A stretch of DNA of 64,000 bases from Alphaproteobacteria bacterium (GTDB lineage: Bacteria > Pseudomonadota > Alphaproteobacteria > UBA828). A program made the translations under genes and the position numbers. The stretch covers positions 3,200,001-3,264,000 of the forward strand of contig CBDEFM010000002.1 in assembly GCA_965237415.1 (NCBI GenBank), read 5' to 3'. Below are positions 1 to 9,456 of this stretch, one piece after another (positions within the stretch are counted from its first letter, which is position 1; the number at the start of each line of letters is the position of its first letter). Under the pieces are notes generated by a model, which had not been told where the DNA came from, made no database searches, and worked only from the letters and a program-made list of their open reading frames with translations.

Positions 1-336
1 CGTCGCTTCGGGCTCGCCTGCCATCTGGGCCTCTGGCTGGACACGCCCACCATCGGGGTCGCGAAGTCGAGGCTTACCGGCTCTCACGATGAGCCAGGCC
101 CGGCGAAGGGCGATGTCGCGTGGCTTCTTGCCGGTAAGGGCGACAGGCCCCGCGAACGCCTCGGCGCCGTCCTGCGCACCCGCGAGCGGGTGAAGCCGGT
201 CTTTGTCTCGGCGGGACACCGTATCTTACTCAGGACTGCGCTGGCGCTGACTCTCGCCTGCGCTACGCGCTATCGGCTGCCCGAGCCCACGCGCCTTGCC
301 GACAAGCTCTCCAAGGCCCATCTGGCCGCAGGCTGA
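1..336 (+). CDS. nfi: Endonuclease V (C-terminal part; 5' end outside window)
   Basis: Frame 1 reads RRFGLACHLGLWLDTPTIGVAKSRL...VKPVFVSAGHRI...RYRLPEPTRLADKLS, typical EndoV motifs; TGA at 334-336. Confidence 0.9.
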   Translation, partial: RRFGLACHLGLWLDTPTIGVAKSRLTGSHDEPGPAKGDVAWLLAGKGDRPRERLGAVLRTRERVKPVFVSAGHRILLRTALALTLACATRYRLPEPTRLADKLSKAHLAAG

Positions 337-385
337 CCGGGCAGAGGCGTTCCCACGCCCGCCGTGTGCCCGCCGTTAGCGAGGA

Positions 386-628
386 CTACCGTTCTTGCAG
401 AGCGATATCCTCGTCGCTCGCGCCCACAGCCTCGTCTGCAGAGGCCGTCGCACCGTCGGCCATGTTCGCCGCGTCGTCGGCGCTCTCGCCCTCGACCGGC
501 TGCTCGGTTTTCTCCTGCCGTCTGAGTTCCGCCCGCTCGGCCTTCAGCTTGGCGCGGGCGGCCTTCCTCGCGGCCTTGTTGCGTTCGCGCTCAATGCGAG
601 CGAAGCGATAGTTGGGCTTGCGTGCCAT
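386..628 (-). CDS. Small protein with a basic N-terminus and acidic tail (MARKPNYRFARIERERNKAARK...)
   Basis: ATG start directly downstream of csp; resembles small proteobacterial 'KPNY...ERE..K' hypothetical proteins. Confidence 0.65.
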   Translation of the reverse strand: MARKPNYRFARIERERNKAARKAARAKLKAERAELRRQEKTEQPVEGESADDAANMADGATASADEAVGASDEDIALQER

Positions 629-777
629 TCGATTCCTTCTGGTTTGGCGGCGGCGCCCGCAGGGCGCACACGCCCGTGGACGCGGCGCAGGCTACCCCGT
701 CGCGTCCACGGGCGGACGACGCCGCATCGCCGGCGGCGTCTGCCGCCGGCGATCGATGGGGGAAGGTCTGTCGGGGC

Positions 778-987
778 TCAGTCCAGAACGACCAGATTCT
801 CTGCCGACGCTCTACCGTCGCGGCCCGGTGTCAGTTCGTACTCGACCTTCTGGCCTTCGCGCAGGTTGGTGAGTCCCGCCTGCTCGACAGCGGAGATGTG
901 AACGAACGCGTCCTTAGAACCGTCGCTCGGCTGAATGAAGCCGTAGCCTTTGACCGAGTTGAACCACTTCACCGTTCCAGTCGCCAT
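778..987 (-). CDS. cspA: Cold-shock protein
   Basis: GTVKWFN..KGYGFI and FVHISA RNP motifs, 69 aa, AAGGAG RBS. Confidence 0.95.
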   Translation of the reverse strand: MATGTVKWFNSVKGYGFIQPSDGSKDAFVHISAVEQAGLTNLREGQKVEYELTPGRDGRASAENLVVLD

Positions 988-1080
988 AACTACTCCTTTC
1001 GCATAGTTTTACGCCCGCGCCGCAATGTGCGGCGTCGCGGGAGCTCGGGGCGCAGCGTGTCTCTAGAGTAGCTTGGCCAG

Positions 1081-1109
1081 GCTATAGCCAGTCAGCGAAG
1101 ATACATCAA
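1081..1109 (-). promoter_or_regulatory. Candidate sigma70 promoter of csp
   Basis: Minus strand TTGATG-17 nt-TATAGC; would give a leader of about 90 nt. Confidence 0.5.
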
Positions 1110-1199
1110 GGTCACGTGCAACCGACCAGTTACTTGTTGGTCCATTGTTGCCCGCTTTGCAAGGGGTTTCGCGTCCCGCGGATCGCGCGGTGGGGTCCG

Positions 1200-2867
1200 T
1201 CAGCTGCCCTTCGGCAGAAGCTTGAACGCCCATTTGACCGTGATCGCATCCTCGATCGGCCCTGTCAGCGCGACCTGCGAGGTGCGCCGCCGGGTTACAC
1301 CGTCGCCGGCGTATACACTCTCGTCGATGCTCATCGACGCGCCGGCGGCTCGCACCTGCCATATCGCACCGCTGGGGAGTCGCAGGAGGACCGCACGGCG
1401 ATCCTCGGTCATCGCGCAGCGCACGTCGGGATGCAGGTGGAAACGCAGCGCAAACTCGCGTCCCCGTCGCCGCCGCTGCCTGAGGTGCGTGAGCGAATCC
1501 TCACCGCGCACATCGGCGCCCGCGGCGCCCACATATAGTCTGCGCTTGTGGATCAGGCCGAGCGTGTCCAGGTAGCCGTCGTGGCTGGCGTCGATCCAGG
1601 TCGAACCGTCCTGGTTGCGCCGCTCGACCTTCACCGTGTTCGGGCCCTCCGCAATCGTGCCATCCGCGCCGAGTGTCGCCGTGTTGGTGTCGTCGACGAC
1701 GAGTGTGCTGTGGGCCGCCGTCCCGCGCAGAGCCTCCTGCCACCCGTCGTCAGCTCCCCGCCAACCGCCGCAATTGACGATGAGGCGCTCCCGCCCGGCG
1801 CTCATCTCCAGGCTCAACGTGCCGGCATGGGCCCAGCGCCCGGTGGTCGACGGGGCGCCGGTGTCCGCAATCAGGGTGGTGTGCTTTCCCTGGATCCGCG
1901 TGAATCCGATATCGGGCGCATCGAGCGAGGTGCCGCCGCTGCTTGCCGCCCTTCGACTGAGGGCGAGATCGATCAAGCCCCGCTCCTCCTCGACGCCGCC
2001 GTTGAACAGGGCGAGCCCGCCGTCGCCGTGGCGGAACAGGCGCAGTGCCGACGCGAGGCGGCCGATCCCCTCAGAGAGCGCTTGTGACGCCGGGTGCCCG
2101 CCCTCGTCGAGAGTCGCCCGCAGCCCCGCGAGGCACCATAGCGCCGCGAGGTGCGCCGACGGGTTCCGGCCGAGTTGATTGCCGTTGCCTGCTGCGTGCC
2201 GCGCCAGCGCCGCTTCGAGGAGCTTGAGGCCTTGCGCGATGCGCCGCTCACCCTCCGGGAGGCAGAGTCCGCTTTCGATCGACCCCCGGAACGCGATCAG
2301 CTGCGGCAGCCCTTCGTCCGCGTTGCGCGCGGTGCGCGTCAGGTGGCTGGCCTGGAGCTCAAGCGCCTGATGGAAGCGCCGGGCGAACTCGTCGTCTGCG
2401 CCTTGCAGCAGAAACGCGCTGTGGGCGAACCAGGCCGTGAGCCGTCGCCCGAGGGTTTCGGGCCCCCAAGCCGACACCGCAGCGCTTTCGATCGTGCGGT
2501 GTTGCCGCAGCCAATCGAGCACCATCGCGCGGCCACGCTCCGCTGCCTGGCCCGTGCCAGCCGCATTCAGATCGCGCAGCCAGGCGAAGCCGTGGAGCTC
2601 GCTCAGCCAGTAATCACCGGCCTCCCGATGACGCCAGGGCGTTTCGCCGGGTTCGCCGACCTCGGCGGCGCGGACAACTTGGCCGCCGAAGTCGTAGAGG
2701 CCCGCGGCCAGTGCTTCGCCGCGCCCGGCAACCCCTGGCACGAGATCGATCGACCGGTGCAGGAGTTGCGGTATCTGTTCGGATGTTCCCCGCCCGGACG
2801 CACGACGGCGCAGCCGCCGCAGGGCACCGAGAAAGCCCTCCGAGGCCTGCTCGTCCCTCGCGCCCAT
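1200..2867 (-). CDS. Heparinase II/III family protein
   Basis: LHGFAWLRDL, RHGDGGLALFNG, HAGTLSLEMS, LIVNCG and RFHLHP motifs; start chosen at MGARDEQ, downstream of rpe. Confidence 0.85.
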   Translation of the reverse strand: MGARDEQASEGFLGALRRLRRRASGRGTSEQIPQLLHRSIDLVPGVAGRGEALAAGLYDFGGQVVRAAEVGEPGETPWRHREAGDYWLSELHGFAWLRDLNAAGTGQAAERGRAMVLDWLRQHRTIESAAVSAWGPETLGRRLTAWFAHSAFLLQGADDEFARRFHQALELQASHLTRTARNADEGLPQLIAFRGSIESGLCLPEGERRIAQGLKLLEAALARHAAGNGNQLGRNPSAHLAALWCLAGLRATLDEGGHPASQALSEGIGRLASALRLFRHGDGGLALFNGGVEEERGLIDLALSRRAASSGGTSLDAPDIGFTRIQGKHTTLIADTGAPSTTGRWAHAGTLSLEMSAGRERLIVNCGGWRGADDGWQEALRGTAAHSTLVVDDTNTATLGADGTIAEGPNTVKVERRNQDGSTWIDASHDGYLDTLGLIHKRRLYVGAAGADVRGEDSLTHLRQRRRRGREFALRFHLHPDVRCAMTEDRRAVLLRLPSGAIWQVRAAGASMSIDESVYAGDGVTRRRTSQVALTGPIEDAITVKWAFKLLPKGS

Positions 2868-2881
2868 GGAATTGGGTGGGA

Positions 2882-3613
2882 CTAGGAGACCGACGCGCCG
2901 ATCGCGCGCGGCCCTGCGCGGGTGCCTCGCGAGGCCGTGCGCCCCGCCTCCCCCGCTGCTCTCAGTCGCGCGATATTGCCATGATAATCGGCCCGGCCGC
3001 CGGCGAAGCTTGCAGAGCCCGCAACCAGCACGTCGGCACCGGCGCCAGACGCGAGGCCCGCCGTCTGCTCGTCGATCCCGCCATCGACCGAGAGGTCGAC
3101 GGCGCACCCGCTCGCGTCGATGAGCGCCCTCAGCGCTTCGATCTTGCCGAGTTGGCTCGGGATAAACCGCTGGCCGCCGAAACCGGGATTGACGCTCATC
3201 ACGAGCACGAGATCGATATCGCCCAGAACCGGCTCGACGGCATGGATGGGCGTCGCCGGGTTGAGCGCGACGCCTGCGCGCTTGCCCATGCCCTTGATGC
3301 GCTGGAGGGTCCTGTGCAGGTGGGCGCCCGCCTCGGCGTGAACGGTGATGCAATCGGCGCCGGCCTCAGCGAACGGCTCGATGAAGGGATCGGGCGGCGT
3401 GACCATCAGATGGACATCGAAGGGGCGTGTGCTGTGGGGTCTGAGCGCCGCCACCACGCCTGCGCCGATGGTCAGGTTGGGCACGAAGTGCCCGTCCATC
3501 ACGTCGATATGCAGCCAGTCGGCGCCGGCGTCCGAGATCGCTCGCACCTCCTCGCCCAGGCGCGAAAAATCTGCCGCTAGAACGGACGCTGCGATCCGAA
3601 GCTTCTGCTGCAT
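2882..3613 (-). CDS. rpe: Ribulose-phosphate 3-epimerase
   Basis: HIDVMDGHFVPNLT, DVHLM, MSVNPGFGGQ, VDGGI. Confidence 0.95.
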   Translation of the reverse strand: MQQKLRIAASVLAADFSRLGEEVRAISDAGADWLHIDVMDGHFVPNLTIGAGVVAALRPHSTRPFDVHLMVTPPDPFIEPFAEAGADCITVHAEAGAHLHRTLQRIKGMGKRAGVALNPATPIHAVEPVLGDIDLVLVMSVNPGFGGQRFIPSQLGKIEALRALIDASGCAVDLSVDGGIDEQTAGLASGAGADVLVAGSASFAGGRADYHGNIARLRAAGEAGRTASRGTRAGPRAIGASVS

Positions 3614-3632
3614 GGCGAGGTCTGGTACCAGC

Positions 3633-4946
3633 TTAGCCAAGGTGCCGCAAGCGTGCGGCGTAGAAGCCGTCCATCCCGCCGTCTTTCGCCCAATGGCAGG
3701 GGAGCGTGCGGAGATCGCCGGCTGTCGTGATGGCTTCGCCGACTCCCGCTAGCTCGCCCGGGCGCACCGGCAGGCGTGCGAAATCCGTAGCCGCCTCGAG
3801 AAACGCGTCCACCTGGCGCTCGCATTCTTCCGGCTGGAGCGAGCAGCTCGCGTAGACCAGGAGCCCCCCCGGCGCCACCATGGCAGCGGCACGAGCCAGC
3901 AATCGGCCCTGCAATTCGGCGAGGCGGGCAACGTCGGCGGGGCGGCGGCCGTGCAGAACATCGGGGTGGCGTCTGATGGTCCCGGTCGCCGTGCACGGTG
4001 CATCGAGGAGCACCAAGTGGGCCTGCGCCGCCGGGTGCCAGTCGAGCGCATCCGCCTCCACGATCTCGGCCTCGAGGTGGAGCCTGGCGAGGTTCTCCCT
4101 GAGCCGGGCAAGGCGGGGGGCGGAGCGATCGACAGCGGTGACCCGCGCGCCGGCGGCAGCGAGCTGCGCGGTCTTGCCCCCAGGCGCGGCGCCGATCTCC
4201 AATACCTGCTTGCCGGCGACCGGGCCAAACAAACGGGCCGGCAGCGCTGCCGCCGCATCCTGCACCCACCACTCACCCGCCTCATAACCAGCCAGCCGCG
4301 TCACCTCGCCGGCGCCGCGCAGCCGCAGCGTGCCGCCGGGCAGACGCTCGGCGGCGAGTGCGGCGCAGAGCGCCTGGGCCCGCTCTTCCGTATCGGTGAG
4401 CGGCGAGAGGTCCAGCGGCGGCTCCTTGAGGTGGGCCTCGGCGATGGCCCGGCAACGCGCGTCGCCATAAGCTTGCGCCCAGCTCCGCCAGAGCCAGTCG
4501 GGGGTATTGAGGCGGGCCGCATCGAGCGCCGCGATCGCGCCGTGTTCGCGGCTCGCCCGGCGCAGCACCGCGTTGACGAGCCCGCGATAGGGCGCGAGCC
4601 GCGGCCCTTGTGCGAGCGCGACGGTGCTCGCCACCGCCGCGTGAGCGGGCGTCTCCAGGAAGGCGAGCTGGGCGATACCGAGCCGAAGCACGTCCTGCAC
4701 CGGCCCGCGCCGTGCGGGTAACGGACGATCCATGAGTCCGGCCAGAAAGGCATCGATCTGGCCGAGGCGGCGGAGCGTCGTCAGCAGCAGCAGTCGTGTG
4801 AAAGCAGCGTCGCGCGGCGAGAGCGCATCCAGCCCTGGTGCTGCGGCGAGCGCCTGATCGAGGGTACGACCCCGGCGCAGGATCGCACCCAGCGCATGGG
4901 CCGCGACCGCGCGTGCATCGCTCGGCGGGCTACTGGTCGACGACAA
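3633..4946 (-). CDS. rsmB: RsmB/NOP-family rRNA m5C methyltransferase with NusB-like N-terminal domain (start uncertain, TTG)
   Basis: VNAVLRR, VQDAAA, AAPGGKT, LLDAPCTATGTIRRHPD, YASCSL; overlaps the stop of the upstream gene. Confidence 0.88.
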   Translation of the reverse strand: MSSTSSPPSDARAVAAHALGAILRRGRTLDQALAAAPGLDALSPRDAAFTRLLLLTTLRRLGQIDAFLAGLMDRPLPARRGPVQDVLRLGIAQLAFLETPAHAAVASTVALAQGPRLAPYRGLVNAVLRRASREHGAIAALDAARLNTPDWLWRSWAQAYGDARCRAIAEAHLKEPPLDLSPLTDTEERAQALCAALAAERLPGGTLRLRGAGEVTRLAGYEAGEWWVQDAAAALPARLFGPVAGKQVLEIGAAPGGKTAQLAAAGARVTAVDRSAPRLARLRENLARLHLEAEIVEADALDWHPAAQAHLVLLDAPCTATGTIRRHPDVLHGRRPADVARLAELQGRLLARAAAMVAPGGLLVYASCSLQPEECERQVDAFLEAATDFARLPVRPGELAGVGEAITTAGDLRTLPCHWAKDGGMDGFYAARLRHLG

Positions 4947-6093
4947 AGCCGTCGCGGTGCGGGCGCATGCTGACCGGGCGCTGGATCGGCGGACGGCTCT
5001 CCGCCGCGCCGGGCGCGATCGCAACGCCGAGGCCAGGCACGGTGGGGATGGAGACGAAGCCATCTTCCATGGGCGGCACGCCCGTCACCACGTCCGAGCC
5101 GAGGAGCGCCAGGCTGGTCTCCATCTTCAGCGCCTCGAAGCCGGTCGTGTATTCCTGGATCGCGAAGTTCGGGATCGCGGCGGCAAGGTGGAGGCAGGCG
5201 GCGAGGCCCAAGGGCGAGAGAGGATTGTGCGGCGCCACCATGACGTGATGGGCCTCGGCCATCGCCGCCACCTTGCGCCCCCCGGTGATGCCGCCGCAGA
5301 GCGCGACATCGACGCGCGCGAAGCCCGCGCCGCTGCGTGCGAAGAGGGCGCGGAAGTCGTGGAGAGAGGCGTAGCGCTCGCCGGTCGCGATCGGCGCATG
5401 CACCCGACGCGCCACCTCGGCCATGGCGTCCGGGTTCTCCGGCCGGATCGGGTCCTCGCACCAGTAGGGCAGATAGCGCTCGATGCGCGGGATGAAGTCG
5501 ATCGCCTCGGCGGGCGTGAGCCGCCGGTGCAGCTCCAGCAGCATGTCGACCTCGCCGCCCAGCGCCTCGCGCACGCGGCGCACGGTCTCGACAGCGCGGC
5601 TCATGTGGCTCACGTGGGAGGCGAAGAAGGGCTCGTCCTCGCGCTCGTCGAGGAAGGGGTTGATATGGCCGACCGCGTTGAAGCCGGCCTCCTTGAGGGC
5701 GACGCAGTTCTCCACCAGCTCGTCGGTGGTCTTGCCGTAGGCGTGGCCGTAGACCCTGGCATGGGTCCGGCACGGCCCGCCGAGGAGGGAATGGACCGGG
5801 ACGCCCAGCGCCTTGCCCTTGATGTCCCAGAGCGCTATGTCGATCGCCGCGATGGCGCCATTGATCGCTCCGCCCTGGAAGTGGCTGAAGCGGTGCATGA
5901 GGTTCCAGTGGCGCTCGATGGGCCCCGGGTCCTCGCCTAACAGATGCCCGGCGAAGGTCTCGATGGCCGCGCGCGAAGCCGCGAGATGCCCCCATGTGCC
6001 CGATTCGCCGAGCCCGGTGATGCCGGCGTCGGTCTCGATTTCGACGAAGAGGAACTGGCCGATCGAGACCGGCGTGACTGCGGTGATCTTCAT
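4930..6093 (-). CDS. Mandelate racemase/enolase-superfamily dehydratase (galactonate dehydratase-like)
   Basis: VEIETDAGITGLGE, IDIALWDIKGK, ELHRRL, EDP, ATGER, APHNP. Confidence 0.88.
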   Translation of the reverse strand: MKITAVTPVSIGQFLFVEIETDAGITGLGESGTWGHLAASRAAIETFAGHLLGEDPGPIERHWNLMHRFSHFQGGAINGAIAAIDIALWDIKGKALGVPVHSLLGGPCRTHARVYGHAYGKTTDELVENCVALKEAGFNAVGHINPFLDEREDEPFFASHVSHMSRAVETVRRVREALGGEVDMLLELHRRLTPAEAIDFIPRIERYLPYWCEDPIRPENPDAMAEVARRVHAPIATGERYASLHDFRALFARSGAGFARVDVALCGGITGGRKVAAMAEAHHVMVAPHNPLSPLGLAACLHLAAAIPNFAIQEYTTGFEALKMETSLALLGSDVVTGVPPMEDGFVSIPTVPGLGVAIAPGAAESRPPIQRPVSMRPHRDGFVVDQ

Positions 6094-6112
6094 GGGCGCT
6101 CCCATAGAGGGG

Positions 6113-7279
6113 CTAGTCAGCTGGCTCCAGCCTGAGCAGCATCCCCTCGGGGTGGTCGGTGAGCAGATAGATGAGGCCGTCCGGCCCCTGGCGCACGTCG
6201 CGGATGCGCTCCTCCAGGTCTTCGAGCATGCGTTCCTCCACCACCGCCTTGCCGCCCGCGACCTCGAGCCGCACCAGAAGCTCGCCCGAGAGCGCACCGG
6301 CGAAGAAGCTCCCTTGCCAGGCGGGGAAGCGATCAGCGTCGTAGATCATCAGCCCCGACGGCGAGATGGATGGCACCCAGTAGTGCACCGGCTGGGCCAT
6401 CCCTTCCTTGTGGGTGCCTTCGCCGATCTTGAAGCCCATATAGCTCTTGCCGTAGGTGATCACGGGCCAGCCGTAGTTCACCCCCGGCTCGATCAGGTTC
6501 AGCTCGTCCCCGCCCTTCGGCCCGTGTTCCACGGCGTAGATTCGCCCCGTCGCAGCCTCGCGCGCCATGCCTTGCGGATTGCGGTGGCCGATGGAGTAGA
6601 GCTCGGGCCGGGCGTCCGCGGTTCCGACGAAGGGGTTGTCCTCGGGCACGCGCCCGTCGTCCTGGAGGCGGATGACGCTGCCCGCCGGGTCGCCTACGTC
6701 CTGGGCGCGGTCGGGCTCGCCCCGCTCGCCCGCGGTGACGAAGAGGTAGCCATCGGCGAACAGCAGGCGCGAGCCGAAATGGCGGCCGCCGTCGTCGCGC
6801 GGCAGGGCGACGTAGATCTCCTCGACATCCTCCAGGCGGGCGCCCGCGAGCCGGCCGCGGGCGACCGCGGTGGCGGCATCGCCATCGTCGTCGGGGCTCG
6901 CGTAGGAGAGGTAAATCAGGCCGTTCTCCGCGAAGCCGGGGTGCAGCGCCACGTCGAGCAGCCCGCCCTGGCCATCGTCCCACACCTCGGGGACGCCTGT
7001 GACGGGCCCGGACAGGAGGCGGCCGTCCGCGACGATGCGGAGCCTGCCGGGGCGCTCCGTCACCAGCATCCGCCCGTCGGGCAGGAAGGCGAGGCCCCAG
7101 GGGTGCTCCAGCCCATCCACCACCTTGACCAGATGGAAGCGGTGCTTGGCGCTCTCGAACGTGCCGAGCCGCTCGGCCGCCGCGAGCGGGCAGGCCGTGC
7201 CGAGGGCAACCGCCGCCATCGCGAGCAACGCCCGGACGGCGCCTATGGTTCGTACCCCTCTACCGCGAGCCTTCGGCAT
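6113..7279 (-). CDS. PQQ-dependent glucose/sorbosone dehydrogenase family, exported
   Basis: Signal peptide; PWGLAFLPDG, TERPGRL, QGGLLDV, GHRNPQG, EHGPKGGDELN, NYGWP. Confidence 0.9.
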   Translation of the reverse strand: MPKARGRGVRTIGAVRALLAMAAVALGTACPLAAAERLGTFESAKHRFHLVKVVDGLEHPWGLAFLPDGRMLVTERPGRLRIVADGRLLSGPVTGVPEVWDDGQGGLLDVALHPGFAENGLIYLSYASPDDDGDAATAVARGRLAGARLEDVEEIYVALPRDDGGRHFGSRLLFADGYLFVTAGERGEPDRAQDVGDPAGSVIRLQDDGRVPEDNPFVGTADARPELYSIGHRNPQGMAREAATGRIYAVEHGPKGGDELNLIEPGVNYGWPVITYGKSYMGFKIGEGTHKEGMAQPVHYWVPSISPSGLMIYDADRFPAWQGSFFAGALSGELLVRLEVAGGKAVVEERMLEDLEERIRDVRQGPDGLIYLLTDHPEGMLLRLEPAD

Positions 7280-7418
7280 GGCCTGCGTTCCTCCCCGATG
7301 CGTGGAACCTATCACCGCGCGCTAGAGCCGTGCCAGTGGCCGCGCCGCCCTGGGGTTGCGGCTGCCGGTGGCTTGGGCCACCGTGCCTGGCACGGAAGAT
7401 GCGATAGGATTGCGCGCC

Positions 7419-7994
7419 ATGACACGGCAGCGAAGCCCCGCCCTGCTGCAACGGGACCGCTCGGCCCTCGTCGTCATCGACATGCAGGAGCGGCTCATGC
7501 CTGCCATCGCCGATGCGGACGCGGTGACCCGCGCGGCGGGTATCCTGATCGAGGCATCGCGGCAGCTTGAGGTCCCGGTGGTCGTCACCGAGCAATACCC
7601 CAAGGGCCTCGGCCCCACCGTCGATGCCATCGCGAGCCGGCTTCCCAACGGTGCGGCAGTGGTCGAGAAGATGACCTTCAGCGCCGCGCGCAATTTTGAT
7701 TTCGCGTCTCGGATCGATGAGCTCCGGGCCGCAGGCCGCGATCACATCGTGGTCTGCGGGGTCGAGAGCCATGTCTGCGTGATGCAGACGGCCGCCGACC
7801 TTGGCGCAGAGGGCTGCACCGTTCACATAGTCGCCGATGCCTGCAGCTCGCGTGCGCCCGCCAGCAAGGAGGCCGCGCTGGCACGGTTCGGGGCGTTGGG
7901 GATCTCCCGCGTGACCACCGAGATGGTGCTGTTCGAATGGCTGGAGGCCGCCGGCACGCCGGAATTCAAGGCCGTCTCCCGCCTCGTCAAGTAG
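7419..7994 (+). CDS. Isochorismatase-family cysteine hydrolase
   Basis: VIDMQERL, TEQYPKGLG, EKMTFS, GVESHVCV. Confidence 0.9.
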   Translation: MTRQRSPALLQRDRSALVVIDMQERLMPAIADADAVTRAAGILIEASRQLEVPVVVTEQYPKGLGPTVDAIASRLPNGAAVVEKMTFSAARNFDFASRIDELRAAGRDHIVVCGVESHVCVMQTAADLGAEGCTVHIVADACSSRAPASKEAALARFGALGISRVTTEMVLFEWLEAAGTPEFKAVSRLVK

Positions 7995-8048
7995 ACCCGC
8001 GCAAATGACCGCCCGGCCGCTACGCGTCTCGCGGGGAGGGAGCGGATC

Positions 8049-8612
8049 ATGCTGACGCGCCGAACCGTGCTCGGCGCGGCCGCCGCGGCGGTGCTGCTCG
8101 CAGGCGCCGCGCCCCACGCCAAGGCGACGCAGACCGTCCTGATCGGCGGCGGCCCGGCCGACGGCGTCTACACATTGGCGGCGCGCCAAATCTGCACGCT
8201 GGTGGACGAGCGCGCTGGCCACAAGTACGGCTGCATACCCCGTGCTGTGCCTGGATCGGTCTTCAACATTCGCGCGATCGAAATCGGCCTGATGGAGTTC
8301 GGCCTCGCACAATCCGACCGCACGCACGAGGCCGTCGTCGGGTCAGGCGCGTGGGAGGGCAAGCCGGTGGCGAGCCTGCAGAGCGCCTTCCGCCTGCACC
8401 CCGAGACGGTGCTGCTTGTGACCGGCGCCGACGTCGCTGACGATCTCGTCTACGATGTGGTGAGAGTTGTCTTCGAGAATCTCGAGGTGTTGAGGGGCGC
8501 ACACCCGTCGTTCGGCGCTCTCGAGCCTGCGGCGATGCTGCAGGACCTCGCGGCGCCCCTTCATCCCGGCGCCGCGCGTTACTATCGGGAGCGGGAATGG
8601 ATCCAGCCGTAG
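8049..8612 (+). CDS. TAXI-family TRAP solute-binding protein, internally shortened (187 aa)
   Basis: Tat-like RRTVL signal; GVY..A..IC, GSVFNI, AQSD, HPE; then directly the C-terminal VY.V...VFEN...HP...APLHPGAARYYRE. Confidence 0.75.
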   Translation: MLTRRTVLGAAAAAVLLAGAAPHAKATQTVLIGGGPADGVYTLAARQICTLVDERAGHKYGCIPRAVPGSVFNIRAIEIGLMEFGLAQSDRTHEAVVGSGAWEGKPVASLQSAFRLHPETVLLVTGADVADDLVYDVVRVVFENLEVLRGAHPSFGALEPAAMLQDLAAPLHPGAARYYREREWIQP

Positions 8613-8640
8613 CCGTGACGACGATCGGAGCACAACGGCC

Positions 8641-9420
8641 ATGCGCCTCTTCCTGAGTCAGCGGGAGCGCTCGATCCGGCGCTCCGAGTGGAGCCCCGCA
8701 CCCGCGCAGGTGCCCGAGGGCGAGCGGGTCTACGCCATCGGCGACATCCATGGCCGGCTCGACCTGCTCAAGATGCTGGTCGCGGCGATCGAGGAGGAGC
8801 AGCGCCTTCTGCCGCCCGGCCGCCCGACTGTGGTGTTTCTCGGCGACTATGTGGACCGCGGACCGGACTCCTGCGGGGTCATCGATTGGCTGTGCGAGCG
8901 CCCGCTGCCCGACTTCGAGCGCGTGCACCTGCGCGGCAATCACGAGGAGTGGTTCGAGGACTTCCTCACCGACATCAGCGTCGGGCCGAGTTGGCTCTAC
9001 TGCGGCGGGGTGGCGACGCTCGCAAGCTACGGCATCCGGGCGGCGCTCGGAGAGGACAACCCGGCGCGGCTTAAGGGATTGCAGGCGGACCTCGCGGCGG
9101 CGTTGCCCGGCTCCCACCGCGCCTTCCTGCGCGCGCTCGATCACTATCACGAGATCGGCGGCTATCTCTTCGTCCATGCCGGCGTCAGGCCCGGTGTGCC
9201 GCTCGCCGAGCAATCGCTCGACGATCTGCTGTGGATTCGCGATGCCTTTCTGCACGCGACTGCCGACCACGGCCATGTCGTCGTGCACGGCCACTCGATT
9301 TCGAATGAGGCGGAAGTTCTCCCCAACCGCATCGGCATCGATACCGGCGCGTTTGCCACAAACGTGCTGACTTGCCTCGTGCTGGAGGCGGACCGCTATC
9401 GCCTGATTCAGACGGCTTGA
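8641..9420 (+). CDS. PPP-family serine/threonine metallophosphatase
   Basis: GDIHG, GDYVDRG, RGNHE, HAG, HGHS, IDTGA. Confidence 0.92.
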   Translation: MRLFLSQRERSIRRSEWSPAPAQVPEGERVYAIGDIHGRLDLLKMLVAAIEEEQRLLPPGRPTVVFLGDYVDRGPDSCGVIDWLCERPLPDFERVHLRGNHEEWFEDFLTDISVGPSWLYCGGVATLASYGIRAALGEDNPARLKGLQADLAAALPGSHRAFLRALDHYHEIGGYLFVHAGVRPGVPLAEQSLDDLLWIRDAFLHATADHGHVVVHGHSISNEAEVLPNRIGIDTGAFATNVLTCLVLEADRYRLIQTA

Positions 9421-9456
9421 GAATGTGGCCGCGGGCTCGGGGCCGCGGCGCGCGGC

